From: Octopus sinensis
Taxonomy: Eukaryota
Direction of reading: 5' to 3'
Assembly: GCF_006345805.1 (NCBI RefSeq)
Contig: NC_043000.1
Location: 49,972,001 to 50,036,000 of the forward strand
Length of the DNA stretch: 64,000 bases
The position numbers and the translations under genes were made by a program. The notes beneath the pieces were generated by a model. The model was not told the origin of the DNA. It did no database searches and was given only the letters and a program-made list of their open reading frames with translations. Position 1 is the stretch's first letter, and each line of letters opens with the position of its first letter. Below are positions 26,300-39,900 of the stretch, in pieces.

Positions 26300-26300
<1 letters not shown>
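26100..26300 (+). mobile_element. SINE family F, 3' part
   Basis: Homologous to 43355-43545 (GTGGAGTGCTCAGCCAC, GGCTGTTCC). Confidence 0.65.
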
Positions 26301-26356
<56 letters not shown>

Positions 26357-27641
26357 CACACACAAACACCCTAAATAAATGTGCATGAATATGTATACTC
26401 TCCTTTTTCCTTTGTATTTTCCTTCTTTGTAGTGTCCACTTTTAGTGAGAGAAAATATGTGTATGCTTGAAAGAATGATGTGTATATGTGTGTTGTTCTG
26501 TATTGTGTCGTGTTGTATTGAGTTGGTAGCAACACAATGTGTTACAGATATCTAATATTAATGTGACAGCAGTGTACCCTATCAAGTGTGCTGCTTCATT
26601 CACTTGTTCAAGCTCAGTGATTGAGCAGGGATTTGTGCTCATCTGTATCATGTTATTGGTAGAAGTCAGCAGTCAATGAAATTGATCTCCTGCTTGTTTG
26701 GTATTTTGTCAATCCTGGAAGGATGAAAAGCAAAGTTGACCTTGGCAGGGTTTTAAACCAGAACAAAAACAAATGAAATCTAACACGGAACATTTTATCT
26801 GACACTTTAATAATTCTGTTGATTCTGCCAATTCACTACCCTGTCAATATATCAATACACACACAGTGATTCAGAAGTCCCTTTATCATGTATATGATAA
26901 ACAGTATTAAAATGCTAAAGGGTCTTTTGAATCAACCCATATGTATACAACACTATCACCTTGTATCTACATACATAAATGTGTATACTTATATACATGT
27001 ACACACACATACACACACATAGGAAAGCCATCCAGCCACAGAAACCATGCAAAAGCCGATACTGGAGCTCAATGCAGCCTTGTGGCTTGCCAAATCATGT
27101 CAATGCATTCAACTATTGCCAGCATGGAAAACAAATATTAAATAATGATAAGAATGATAATGATTACATATATCAGAAGAAAAATGGTACAGTTTTTCCA
27201 CTATTTACTAAATGATCATGAGTTCCATTCCACCTATTCCAAAGTTTTCATTGTTTTGGGAGGAAAGTAGAACACATTCCCTTATAAAGTCAGTTTACAC
27301 ATAACTTTTAACCAAAGATTGGCTTTCTATTCCTCTAGTATTTTAACAACCATCACCTCAACTCCGTGATATTGGTGCTAAACAATGACATTTAAAAGCT
27401 TATCAATAGGCACACCACATATATATTTCAATTATATATCAAAACAGGACATTGAAAAAATTTTTTGTCCTGCTTTCATATGTAATTACACTGCAAAAAC
27501 TATTTCTAGTATTTTTCAACTCCTGTGCATGCCTGACACAATTATAATATCTACATACAATTTAGGAGAACTGGATGCAGATCTGATTCACAAACACACA
27601 GCCTGGATTATAACCCTATCGACACACTATATTTAGATGAT

Positions 27642-27696
27642 GTCAAACTGTCCAACCCGTGCTAGCACGGAAAACAGACGTTAAACGATAATGATG
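27642..27696 (+). mobile_element. Older RTE 3' tail remnant
   Basis: GTCAAACTGTCCAACCCGTGCTAGCACGGAAAACAGACGTTAAACGATAATGATG matches the RTE terminus at 29410-29482. Confidence 0.8.
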
Positions 27697-29453
27697 GAAA
27701 ACTAGGGATAGATGAATGGTTAGTGAGAGCTGTGCGGGCCATGTATAGGGACACCGCTAGTAGGGTGAGGGTTGGAAATGAGTACAGTGAAGAATTCCGG
27801 GTAGAGGTAGGGGTCCACCAAGGCTCAGTACTCAGCCCCCTCCTATTTATCTTAGTCCTCCAGGCAATAACGGAGGAATTCAAGACAGGATGCCCTTGGG
27901 AGCTCCTCTATGCTGATGACCTTGCTCTAATTGCTGAGTCGCTATCAGAACTGGAGGAGAAGTTTCAGGTGTGGAAACAAGGATTAGAATCGAAGGGCCT
28001 CAGAGTCAATCTAGCTAAAACCAAAGTCGTAATCAGTAGGAAGGTAGACAAATCACAAACACCTTCAGGTAGATGGCCCTGCTCGATCTGTAGAAAAGGT
28101 GTAGGTAGAAACTCTATAAGATGCACCAAGTGTAAGCTATGGACACATAAGAGATGCAGCAATGTCAAAGGAAGGCTAACTAGGAAGATGGTTTTTGTAT
28201 GTGGCAGATGCTCAGGAACAATAAACACTGAAAATGCTCTGAGACCAACTTCCGTCACTTTCCAGGGAGAAAAACTAGAAATAGTTGATAGTTTCCGTTA
28301 CCTAGGTGACCAAGTCAGCAGCGGGGGCGGTGTGCTGAAAGTGTAACTGCTAGAGTAAGAATAGCTTGGGCAAAGTTCAGAGAGCTCTTACCTCTGCTGG
28401 TGACAAAAGGCCTCTCGCACAGAGTGAAAGGCAGACTGTATGATGCGTGTGTACGAACAGCCATGCTACATGGCAGTGAAACATGGGCCGTGACTGCTGA
28501 GGATATGCGTAAGCTCGCTAGAAATGAAGCCAGTATGCTCCGATGGATGTGTAATGCCGGTACTCACACTCGGCAGAGTGTAAGTACCTTGAGAGAAAAG
28601 CTGGACCTAAGAAGCATCAGTTGTGGTGTGCAAGAGAGACGTTTGCGCTGGTATGGTCATGTGGCGAGAATGGATGAAGATAGTTGTGTGAAAAAGTGCC
28701 ACACCCTAGCGGTTGAGGGAACCTGTGGAAGAGGCAGACCCAGGAAAACCTGGGACGAGGTGGTGAAGCACGACCTTCGAACTTTAGGTCTCACTGAGGA
28801 AATGACTAGAGACCGAGACCTCTGGAAGTGTGCTGTGCACGAGAAGACCCGGCAGGACAAGTGAGTCCACAACCCGTGGCCTTCTACATGGGATGGAGCC
28901 AGCCTACGTATGCATACCTTCCCTTCTTGGGACACAAAACTCTACTTGTGAAGACGTGTTGAGGCAAGTGAGGATCAGAATCGAAATCGATCAATGGAAA
29001 TTGCGGATGTGCTACCAGTGCCGGTGGCATGTCGAAACTCTGCTTGTGAAGACCCATTGAGGCAAGTGAGGATCAGAATCGAAATCGATCAATGGAAATC
29101 GATCAATGGAAATTGCAGATGTGTTACCAGTGCCGGTGGCATGTAAGAGAACTTTCCGTTTCGCGACCGTTGCCAGCACCGCCCCGTTTCGTGTCCGTTG
29201 CCAGCCTCGCCTGGCCCTCGTGCCGGTGGCACATAAAAAGCACCATCCATTCGTGGCCGTTTGCCAGCTCTGTCTGGCACCAGTGCGGGTGGCACGTAAA
29301 AAGCACCCACTACACTCACGGAGTGGTTGGCGTTAGGAAGGGCATCCAGCCGTAGAAACACTGCCAGATTTGACTGGGCCTGATGAAGCCTTCTGGCTTC
29401 ACAGACCCCAGTAGAACCGTCCAACCCATGCTAGCATGGAAAACGGACGCTAA

Positions 29454-29482
<29 letters not shown>
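27697..29482 (+). mobile_element. Young 5'-truncated RTE-clade LINE: RT C-half with internal PHD finger, ~600-bp 3' UTR, (GAT)n tail
   Basis: ORFs 27723..28346 (GVHQGSVLSPLLF, LLYADDLAL, FRYLG) and 28400..28864 (MLHGSETW, RLRWYGHVARM, GRGRPRKTW) are joined by a 1-bp frameshift near 28329. Confidence 0.95.
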
Positions 29483-29485
<3 letters not shown>

Positions 29486-30170
29486 TCTCAAAGCTAACAT
29501 TGTAAAATTACACAAACTTATGATATAATGGTAGGTAAACTGGACCAATGAAAATTAAGTATTACTCCCACACACCCCGAGTTAGATATTGCACAATGGA
29601 CAGTAATAGGACAGCAGCAGATACTGAGCGAGATTCTACATGATTTACTCAATCTGCTAGAAATAGCAGCCAAATCACCTCCAAACCACACTTTGCAACC
29701 TTAAAAATAGAAGGAAACAATGGATAAAATAATCCTGGAGACATTATTTAGATCTAAAAAGTAAAAAAAAACAAAACATCCTCATCATTGTTGGAAGATG
29801 CTTTATCACTGGTTTGTTCAATTAGAGTTGATCTAAGTTTACAAGATCTTCATGTGACACTATCAATTACATTATCTACAACTGATTGTTTATAGATGTT
29901 ATTTTTTAAATGTTTGCTTAATGTATTTTCTCTTGATAAGTTTTAATTAAAAATATATTATAGGCTCCTGTAAAATGTATGAGTATGGAGGATTATAAAC
30001 TTATATTATTATTAAGATCAATTGTTTTTTTCTTTATTGTTATATACACCTGCTACTTAAATCCAGCAGACAAAAACAAATTAAGTCCATATTAATACAT
30101 TTATGCAGGAAATATTAAAATTAAAATAATTATGAAGTTAAGAGTAAAATAACATATAATCATCATCATT

Positions 30171-30485
30171 TAACCCTTTTGATATTAACCCACCTGAAAC
30201 TGCCTCTAGCTCTGTAGTACCAACGTCTTGTCTTCAAAAGTTCTGAATTAAAATCTTCCTCCAAACCTTAACACTTTTGTCACCAACCCGGCTGAAACTG
30301 GCTCTGGCTCTGAGTACAAATGTCTTATTTTCATAAGTTTGGAATAAAAATCTTCCACCAAACCTTAGTCACAATTTATGTTCCTAACACTAGCTGTATA
30401 ACTAAGTTATTTTACTAAATTCTTTGTTATATTTAAAGCAATTGAAAGAAGCACAGAGCATCTCAAAATAAATACAGTAACGAAC
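30171..30485 (+). mobile_element. piggyBac-type MITE fragments (two partly tandem 5' ends)
   Basis: TTAA|CCCTTTTGATA... start, repeated at ~30269; the right TIR is truncated at CAGTAACGAA. Confidence 0.55.
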
Positions 30486-32223
30486 AATTCATGTTCCTAA
30501 CACTAGCTTAATGATAACTAGAGGCCTAGCCGTCAAAGTCCTTTTACAGGGCTTAGAAAAACTGAAGGACCACTGCCATACATGTGTGAATTTGAGAATA
30601 TATTTAAGAAAATCATAATTAACTGATTCCCTTGTAGTTTCCATTACCCAAAGCCATGAACTTTTCAGCACCTCCTCACGTGTGTGTATGTGCATACACC
30701 CACACAAACACACACACACATATATATATAGGATAGGCTTTCACACAGTTTCCACCTATCAAATTCACTCACAAGGCATTGGTTGACCTGAGGCTACAGT
30801 AGAAGACACTTGCCCAAGGTACCACACAATGAGACTACATTGAAAACCAGGTGGCTGTGCAGTGAACGTCTTAATCACACAGCCAGCCTGTTAGATTTAT
30901 GTGCACAATTCCTGGCTGCAGAAAAATATATTCACAAGAATACAAGGTTAAATTAATAGGTCATTTTTTATGAAAAGCAGGCTATAAGGGAACAGAAAAA
31001 AACTGAACTGCTATGATCATATAATATAGGCAATTAGTTATGAACGAAAAAGAGCTGTATACTGAAAATAGAAAGTATTCATAGCAGAGGAAGAGCTGTG
31101 AAAGCCATGAGAAACAAGCTGTGATGTCAGATCTCAGGATGCTAAATCTCATAGATGAGAGGACAAAAAGCTATGTCTGGCAAAATGCAGTTTTGCATAC
31201 CTGTCTTTATCTTACTCATGCCAGCACATACATACACAAGAAAAAAAGTAAGTGAAATAGAACGTATATTAACGCAATGGGGATGGCTTTTTTCCTCTTA
31301 ATGCATTATGTTATGTTAATAAGAAAGAATGAATAATAGATGAACAGCAAGGTTTCAATATTGTTTGAAGAAGATTTGAGGGATTTGAGGTTATGGGACA
31401 TTTATATGAAATTATCTCTTTTATATGCAATTAAAAGAAATACATAAAAGTTCTCTCTTTCTTTCTCTCTCTCACTCCCACTTCGTCTCTCTGTTGCTGG
31501 ATGCAAGAATATATATTCCCCTGGAACAGATATTCATATCTGTTCCAGGAGAAGTGAAAAGTTCAGAAGCAAAGTGCCAGATCCAGAAATTCATGCGTCT
31601 CATTTTTAGACATTATGATGCATGGAGTCTTTTGTTCTTCTATAGTTAATAAACATAATACCATCAATATATATTCAATAAGAACTGAAATTATACCAAA
31701 GTAGAGATGAGAATCAAAGAAAAGAAACAAAATACTCTATATATTATTAACTACCGAAATACTGGTTCATTGAGAAATGTCTAAATAACGTGAGATTGAT
31801 TGGTATTCTATCTTATATTGTGGATTGGCAGAATCATTAATATTTAGTCATAGCTCTTAACATTCTAATTTTAAACTGTGCCAAGATCAACTGTGTTTTT
31901 CTTCTTTGCTTTTCTTTCTTCTGATGTTGATAGAATTAAAGAGAAATACCAGTGAAATTCTTGGTTTGATTCGATACACTAAACCTCTCATTCCAAATCT
32001 GTGATCCAGTGCTTACATAGAAATCATCGTCATCATCATCATTATTATTATTATTGAGTAAGACAGCAGCACATGCCATCAAAGTGACACTAGGGTAAAA
32101 TGTACAAAGCCTTTCATCCTTTCAGGGTCGATAAAATAAGCACCAGCTGAGCACTGAGTCAATGTAATTAACTTACCCACTTCCCTGAAATTGCTGGCCT
32201 TGAGCCAAAATTTGAAACCATTA

Positions 32224-32278
<55 letters not shown>

Positions 32279-32282
<4 letters not shown>

Positions 32283-33223
32283 GAGTGAGAGAGCAGTGCA
32301 TGCCATCAAAGTGACACTGGGGTAAAATATACGAAGCCCAGTATACCCATCATGACTACCTGTCTGATAAGGGTACACCAGGCACATGCATCACAACCAT
32401 ATGTGCACGATATGGTGATCTCATAACAAGATAATCAGCGCATGACCTTGCAGGTGGGGCCCAGTCAGAATTTTCTTCTGGTCGGGTAACCCATCCCACT
32501 CAAAAGGTCCCTGATTAAGGGTTGTTTAAGGATGTTGAATGAAACACCCATGTTTCCAGAGGTGAATTATTCAAACCCCAAAGAATCCCTCTCAATACAT
32601 GGCTATGATGCTCCCCCACTACTTCTATTCGTGATCAGAGATGCACATATCGTCAGCCACTAAGGAACATGCTCAACTGTTTAAGGTTAAACAACTGACA
32701 AGCAAATCTGTGGTATTGAACAGAATATTCGCTGTATTATTATTATTATTATTATTATATATTATTATTATTGAGTGAGAGAGCAGTGCATGCCATCAAA
32801 GTGACACTGGGGTAAAATATACGAAGCCCAGTATACCCATCATGACTACCTGTCTGATAAGGGTACACCAGGCACATGCATCACAACCATATGTGCACGA
32901 TATGGTGATCTCATAACAAGATAATCAGCGCATGACCTTGCATGTGGGGCCCAGTCAGAATTTTCTTCTGGTCGGGTAACCCATCCCACTCAAAAGGTCC
33001 CTGATTAAGGGTTGTTTAAGGATGTTGAATGAAACACCCATGTTTCCAGAGGTGAATTATTCAAACCCCAAAGAATCCCTCTCAATACATGGCTATGATG
33101 CTCCCCCACTACTTCTATTCGTGATCAGAGATGCACATATCGTCAGCCACTAAGGAACATGCTCAACTGTTTAAGGTTAAACAACTGACAAGCAAATCTG
33201 TGGTATTGAACAGAATATTCGCT

Positions 33224-33230
<7 letters not shown>
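32279..33230 (-). mobile_element. Two near-identical tandem copies (490-bp period) of a ~455-bp (AAT)n-flanked retroposon-like repeat
   Basis: Copies start at 32281 and 32771, are separated and flanked by (TTA)n, and differ at one noticed site (CAGGT/CATGT); a short older end lies at ~32050. Confidence 0.9.
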
Positions 33231-33255
<25 letters not shown>

Positions 33256-33624
33256 TGGCAGAATCCCTTTATATTCTAAGATTAAATATAAAGGCTTTGT
33301 AATATATAACAGTGTCTCTTTGTGCTCTGAGCCAACTTTGTTTTACATCTTTTTGGAATAATAAAATAAACATCAATTAAATCTACTATACTTGGTTATT
33401 AATTATGATGTTGACAGGTGCAGGTGACGATAGGCACAGGTATAGCTGTGCAGTAAGAAGTTTGCTTTCAAAACAAGTGTGTGGAAATGTGTGTATGTGT
33501 GTGTGGCTCTGTCTCCTTGTCTTGACATCACATGACAGTTCTAAAATGTTTGTCACCATCATAAAGCAGTGTCATTTATTTCTAATATTCTATGAGAAAA
33601 TGTCTGGCAAGGAGGGGGGGAAAT

Positions 33625-33757
33625 TACCTTGCTTGGAATCAGGTGAGGGTTGGCACCAGGCAAGGCATCCAGCTATAGAAAATTTGCCTCAGTAAATTCT
33701 GTCCCACCCATGCAAGCATGGAAAAGCAGACGTTAAATTGATGATGATGGTGATGAT
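33625..33757 (+). mobile_element. Old RTE-tail-type short element ending in (GAT)n
   Basis: GGCATCCAGCTATAGAAA...CCCATGCAAGCATGGAAAAGCAGACGTTAAA-GATGATG. Confidence 0.7.
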
Positions 33758-35443
33758 TCGTTTCCTGTCACCAATCACTTTGCACATCAGATTAAACTCA
33801 CCAGCCAAGTGTAAACAGTTCAATTCCCCATCCACTTAATCGTTCTGTCTTTGACTGCAAAGCTTATATAAATCATTGAATTACAGTATTTCTTAAATAG
33901 CACTTAGGTTATATTCTGCCTCAAAGAATAACTTAAATTATAAAGCGAAAACAGACAACATAGGTTTGCGGTCTACATTTTAGGACGTTTATTGTTAGCT
34001 ATTCAATATTCATGACTAATGATTTATTGAGCATAGAAATGTATAAACATTATTTATTAATCAAAATTAATTTCAGATGATGAAGAAATAGCTTTCTTAT
34101 TTCGAGTTAGCATTCATTCAGCTCTTTTTTTTCTTTTCTTTTTTTTTACTACTGCATTTCAACACGTTAAAATTGAACTCTAATTAGTAGAGAACTAAAA
34201 TTTTGTCATTAAATTTAATTACATACATAATGGTTTCTTTTGATGAAGTATAGCTGATTGAGTCACCAGCAGCATTTATCGACCAAGGAAAGAAAGACAA
34301 AAGAAGAAATGTGAGTGAACTCTTGAAAGAATTAAACACAAAATAGTGAAGAACCAAACTTAAATATCATACAGAGTATAATCTTAATTGCAAATTACTA
34401 GTAGAGAACCAAAATTCATTTGTTCATTTAACATCCAGTTTTCCATACTAGCATGTGCTCAACAGGGGTTTAGTTGTAAGAGCATTTTATGGATGGATGC
34501 TCATCTTGTTGCCAGCCCTTATCTGTTTTTTCAAGTATCCAATATCCAGGGCTTCATTGCTCCTGAAGGAGGAACAACTCCTTCCACCACTGTCTGTCTC
34601 TGACCAGTTGTGACAATGTAGGCTCCATTATGGCACCTGCACTAGAGGGGTTGCCTTGTCCTTGGCAAAACAAAAAGTGTCCTCTCTACCACGTTATCTC
34701 CAGTTGTTTCGAAGCTGGTATCAGAGAATTTGTGTGTGTGTGTGTGTGGTGTGTGTGTGTTGTATATTTTATGCAATGTATGATAAAGTAAACCATCTGA
34801 AGATAGATATGGGCTTGATAAAGGGTTAGCAGGTCTCTGGAGTGAACCAGATGAAACCTAGATTTGTAATGCAGCCTCAATAACAGTCATGATTAATGTG
34901 TGACCACCATGAAAGAAATTGTCAGTGAGAATTAAATGCTGTAGCATTTGCAAAGGAGTGCGAATGTCTAAAGATTACAGCTAAAGATAAACCGAGTCAA
35001 TTTACAAGACATCTAATTTGTTATTTGAAGGCTAAATGTACGTGTAACAAAAGTGAAATAAATGTCTAGGAAAGGCTTCAAAACAAATCGAAAGAAGACA
35101 AAAAAAATCTTCCATTAGTATAAACAGATGTCACCCAGAAATAGAAGAGATTTACCACATAGAGTAGAGAATGAAATAAAAATCACTTGACAGTATCGAA
35201 TTAATGGAAGAGGTTGACTTTAAAGAACTAAAAGATAAGCTATCCTGTCATTTTTATCATGAAAATGAGAATTGCTTGTGTCTTGGTCAAAGCTTTGTTG
35301 AGAAATCTGAAGCATCACCATTATTAATAGTTTTATGCCCTAGGAACAGACAAATATTTCAAGATTTCTATCTGTACCAATAAACACTAACATAATCATA
35401 TATATATATATATCTTTGCACACATGTACAGATACATACATCG

Positions 35444-35503
<60 letters not shown>

Positions 35504-36589
35504 GTGTGTGTGTGTGTAATATATTGTACAAGCATATACACACAAGTTATATACATGAATATATACACAGCAGTGAAAGGAAAAGCTATTGAATCCTTAG
35601 TCAATGGTTTTGGTGACAGAGGAAACAATATCTTATGAAATATGATAGTATCTGTTTAGAAAGAATTAATGTTGGTCTAGCTATAGAAGCGCCTAAACAA
35701 TGAGAATCTTGGCACCAAATTTCTCTCTATATATTTACCAAAGCAAAGTATTCAAGAGAATTTAATGGGACAAAAGGAGCATTGTTTCTTCATTCATTCA
35801 CGTTAACCAGTTCTGATAGAAATATCTGTCCCAATGGTAGACCACTTGTAGAAAGTCTGTGTGTCCATATGAAAGTTAGTTCAATTTTCTAGAGGGAGAC
35901 AGAAGATGAGAAAAAGAGAAAGAGAGAGAGGGGAGAGGGATGGAGAGAGAGAGGGTAAGAGATATGATGGGAGTTCTTTCATCAAAATCTCTTTATGTTT
36001 TCTTAAAGCCTAACAGTAATCTTCCTACATGATTCAAATGAATAACAACAATCAATACAAATCATAAATGATAAGTTTTCTCTTGTTTTTGTTTGTTATG
36101 ATATTAATGGTTGTATTATTGCAAAACCACCACCACCATCACCATGCTAAAACCAAAAACAAACAAAAAATGGAAAAGAAAAAGCAGCGAGATATTTACA
36201 AAAGAGATTGTTGGTAAAGAAGGCATTTCCAATAATTTTTCACCGTTGACTATTACCATTATTATTATAATTATTAATACGAAAAAAATGGAGAATAAAT
36301 AAAATATTTACCACATATTATGAATTTTATGCATTCATAATAAAACCCCTTTTTTATACTCATTATTCATTTACTGTATAAAGAAAAGCTACCTTGTAGA
36401 CATATTTTGGCATATTTAATTTATATGCTTGAACTAGTTAAAAAAAATAAAATATTTACATCTTAAATTTTCTGCCCTCTAATTCAGTCAAGCAATATTT
36501 TCCAATTCAAATATTTGCATATTATTTGAACAAATATATTTTGTTTACAACTAAATGATAATTTAATTGCACCTGAAACTAATATTTAT

Positions 36590-37250
36590 GTTTAAAGCCT
36601 CCACCTGATTCTTATTTATTAAGCCCTTCATTCCCTGCAAAACATTGATGACATCCTCCAGTGTTCTCAACATTGGGCTGTCTATTTTACTTTTCTCAAA
36701 TTATTTCCCTGCATTTTTTTTGGTTCTCGTTCAGTATCTCATCTCCAGCTATTTTAAGGTTATCTTCACAGTGTCCTCCTTTGTAGCTTCCAGATCAGGT
36801 TTTGAAATGTCATATGTTACTCTGAGTGAAGGCCTTCCTCTCCCAGATCTATTTAGTTCAGAATAGTGATTGATATTTCTGTAACTTTGCTTTACATTAT
36901 TGGTAGGAATGTTTACTCTACATGAATCAACTTTCACCTGCAGGAAGAGCTGGTCTATACGACTTTGGCCTCTATGCTTTGGCATGACCAGCCCGAGGTC
37001 CTATCAGGAGCTGGTGCTCTACTGGTGTAGCTCTCAGAGTTATTGGAGCATACAAGCCACCATACCAGATTGGACCTTGTGGCAGTCATCTGGTCATTGG
37101 GCACCTTCTCTTTTTCTTTGCAAAGTTCATACTATATTGCAAGCATTTTTCCCTGTAAATCTTCAAACAAGAAATTGTCGGCATCAATTTAAAAAATCTC
37201 TGAAAGGCACCAAAAGCTCATGAGTTATATTGCTTCTAAAGCCTTTTAAC
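36590..37250 (-). mobile_element. Highly degraded RTE (BovB-like) 3' coding end
   Basis: SIEAKVV...YSELNRSGRGRPSLR...FEKSKID resembles the C-terminus of RTE ORF2; many stops. Confidence 0.45.
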
Positions 37251-39489
37251 CTTGAAGTAAAAATAGAACTTATGAACAAGAGAAACAGAGTTATATTCTT
37301 TGTCCAAAAGTATACTGGAATAGAAACAGCAACATCTGAATTCACAAGCTCATCAGTTGTTCATTGCCTGAACTTCTTTGGGAGGTTTGATTAAATGCTT
37401 AATTTTGGTAAAATATTAATTTATCAAGTTTTGCAACTTATCTTTGAGTATCATCTTATTTGGTCATGCAGCAAAATTCGTTTTGACCAAATCAAAGCTA
37501 ATGACAGATATCTTTAGAAACTAAACTATTTGCAAGTTTGACTCTTCTTAGAATTACTCCCCATTCAGAACGGTTGAATCACATGAAAGCCTAAACATGT
37601 TTAGATCCACTCAAATGAATTATGATATATGCCATGTGGTGCTATGTATTCTTAATACCAGTATCTTTTTCATACAAGTAAATACTGTATTCTCAACAAT
37701 GACAAGGTATATATACACCTGGGTTTGAAATCACAGCAATGGTTTAAATTATGACTTTTGTTTCTAATTAAAGGGATTCAATGTTCTAAAGCACTTAGCT
37801 TTATGTACACGAATGCAAATATATAAATATGGGATAAGTGAAGATTACAGAATGAACCAGTTGAAACAATCTAACAGACAAATACACAAAAGATATGGTT
37901 TGTAAATCAAAGAATTTAAGTTGTTATAATAATAACTCATTTCAAAAATACAGATATTAACAGCTGTTCTTTGAAACACATGACCAATTCTTACTCTTAA
38001 ATGATAAGATGTTAGCCACATACAATATTGATTTCTTGTATATAAGCACAACCACCTCAGATTTATCAAGTTACAGAATATTAGTAAATTATAAATTAAC
38101 TATGACATCTCAACTGACTACTTGATATTTGGGAAGCTTTCTCCATCCCTTGGATTAAGAATACAGCCATTGCTCTAATACCTAACCAAAGACTAGAATA
38201 TCATTGCTTACTACTGGAGACTATTTTCGCCATTATATAATGTGGAACTATTTATTTTAGTGGAATCAAATAGAGATAATCACTTTCAAACTTTGATGGT
38301 AAATATAAGACCATAAGCCTTCATTCATCTTACTTCAGGTTAATAGATTTAGTAGTTTCAATGCTTTGCTTTCTTTAAACACTATAAAATGAGATATGGT
38401 GTTCCTGTGTCACTCTGGCTCAATTATAATTTGAACTCATTGACCATAAATTTCTCATAACTGAACTGATTATTTAGCTTGATTTTTTTTATTAAATAGT
38501 AATGTTTTATTTCCAAAAGCAATTAAGCTTAGAAGAAGAGAAAAATAATATCCACAAAATTATCTTCACTAAAATAGATAACATCAACACTAAAATTGTT
38601 AATGTTTTGATAAAAGTAATGGGTTAGAAATGTTTGGGCGTGATAACTGAAAAATAATAAAAAAAGTTATAATGAAAATATCATCATAATTACACAGTAA
38701 TGAAAGACTGATAACTAAATTATCACATCTATTTATGAATTTGATTTTGTAGCTTTAATAAAACGATATAAAAATTATTCAAAACTAATCTTCATTCAGA
38801 CAGAATGTGTGTTATTAATTCAAACTAGAAAACCATTTCTGCATATAATAATCCCAAAGGGAGTTAACTTAGAAGGTTATAATTACTTGGGGCTATCAGT
38901 GTGAACAAAAGTGATTTAAAATAATTCGTTTATTTTTTTAAAAAATATCAAGAAATTATTTATGAGAAAACATACATCACATTTTATATCTGCCCACAAA
39001 ATGCCATCCGCCTGATAGAAAAGTCTTCACTTATCAATGTATTACAACAAATCTGTTGTCAATGTGCTGTCTCTTCTCTACTTCATCACTCCTAGCACAA
39101 TTGCTAATTTTCTGAATTTGCTATTTACTATTCATATGAAAACCCAATTAATAGCTGTTACAACACTTGCTATAACAGATATTGTTTCTCAGTTTCAAAA
39201 TGCAAATTGTACTTCTATTTAAATAATATAAGTCAAAGGAACTAATATATCTTACATAAAAAGAATAATTATATCTCTAAGCAGAATTTCTGGATTATGA
39301 GCTTTATCATGTACCATATTCACTAACAACATTATTCTTTATTCCAAAATCAGCACAAATAAAGTAACTAAAACTGCAAATTACCCAATGTACTTTTCCT
39401 TTTTGAAAGATGATGCAATGAGATTTGAGGGATATTTGTTGTTGTTTCTATATGTTTAAGAAATTATGTTGTGTCTTCTTCTCTGGCAC

Positions 39490-39900
39490 TAAATTTTAAC
39501 ATTATGTTCAACTGTTGAAACGAGGACCATCTTGACATCCCCAAGGATGGCTGATGGCTTGTGCAGTGAGATTGTTTAATGTGGACAAGTTACACTCCAT
39601 CAATCTCACTCTAATCTGTGACCGTTTTCAATAGAACAGCAAGACCAGATCAAAACAATTAGGGTGGAGATGGATACAGTGGATGACCAAGATGTCTTAT
39701 TTGCCACATCTTGCTCTCTGCACTCCACAATGTGTTGCTACTGTCATCTTCTCCGCCACTAAATCATGAAGGTTTCTTTGGCAGATTCCACTAGATTCAG
39801 TCTTCACATGCATGAGTAGGCAAGCCCTAATATGCTAAATAACCCATAGCTGGGATGGCTGACAGGTGTTACTACTATGGTCAAGTGATTAAGAAGATTG
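39490..39900 (-). mobile_element. Possible very old RTE-like 3' relic
   Basis: GC-richer island whose minus-strand reading is weakly RTE-like (RRR..QHIVECREQDVA...VSTVE). Confidence 0.3.

Noticed and set aside
28937-29320. CRISPR-like array from the recurring GTGCCGGTGGCAC modules
   Set aside because: Eukaryotic LINE 3' UTR with irregular spacing, degenerate repeats and no cas genes
29089-29424. Overlapping GC-rich ORFs at 29089-29424, 45076-45405 and 49710-50043
   Set aside because: They fall in the non-coding RTE 3' UTR; open frames reflect GC content
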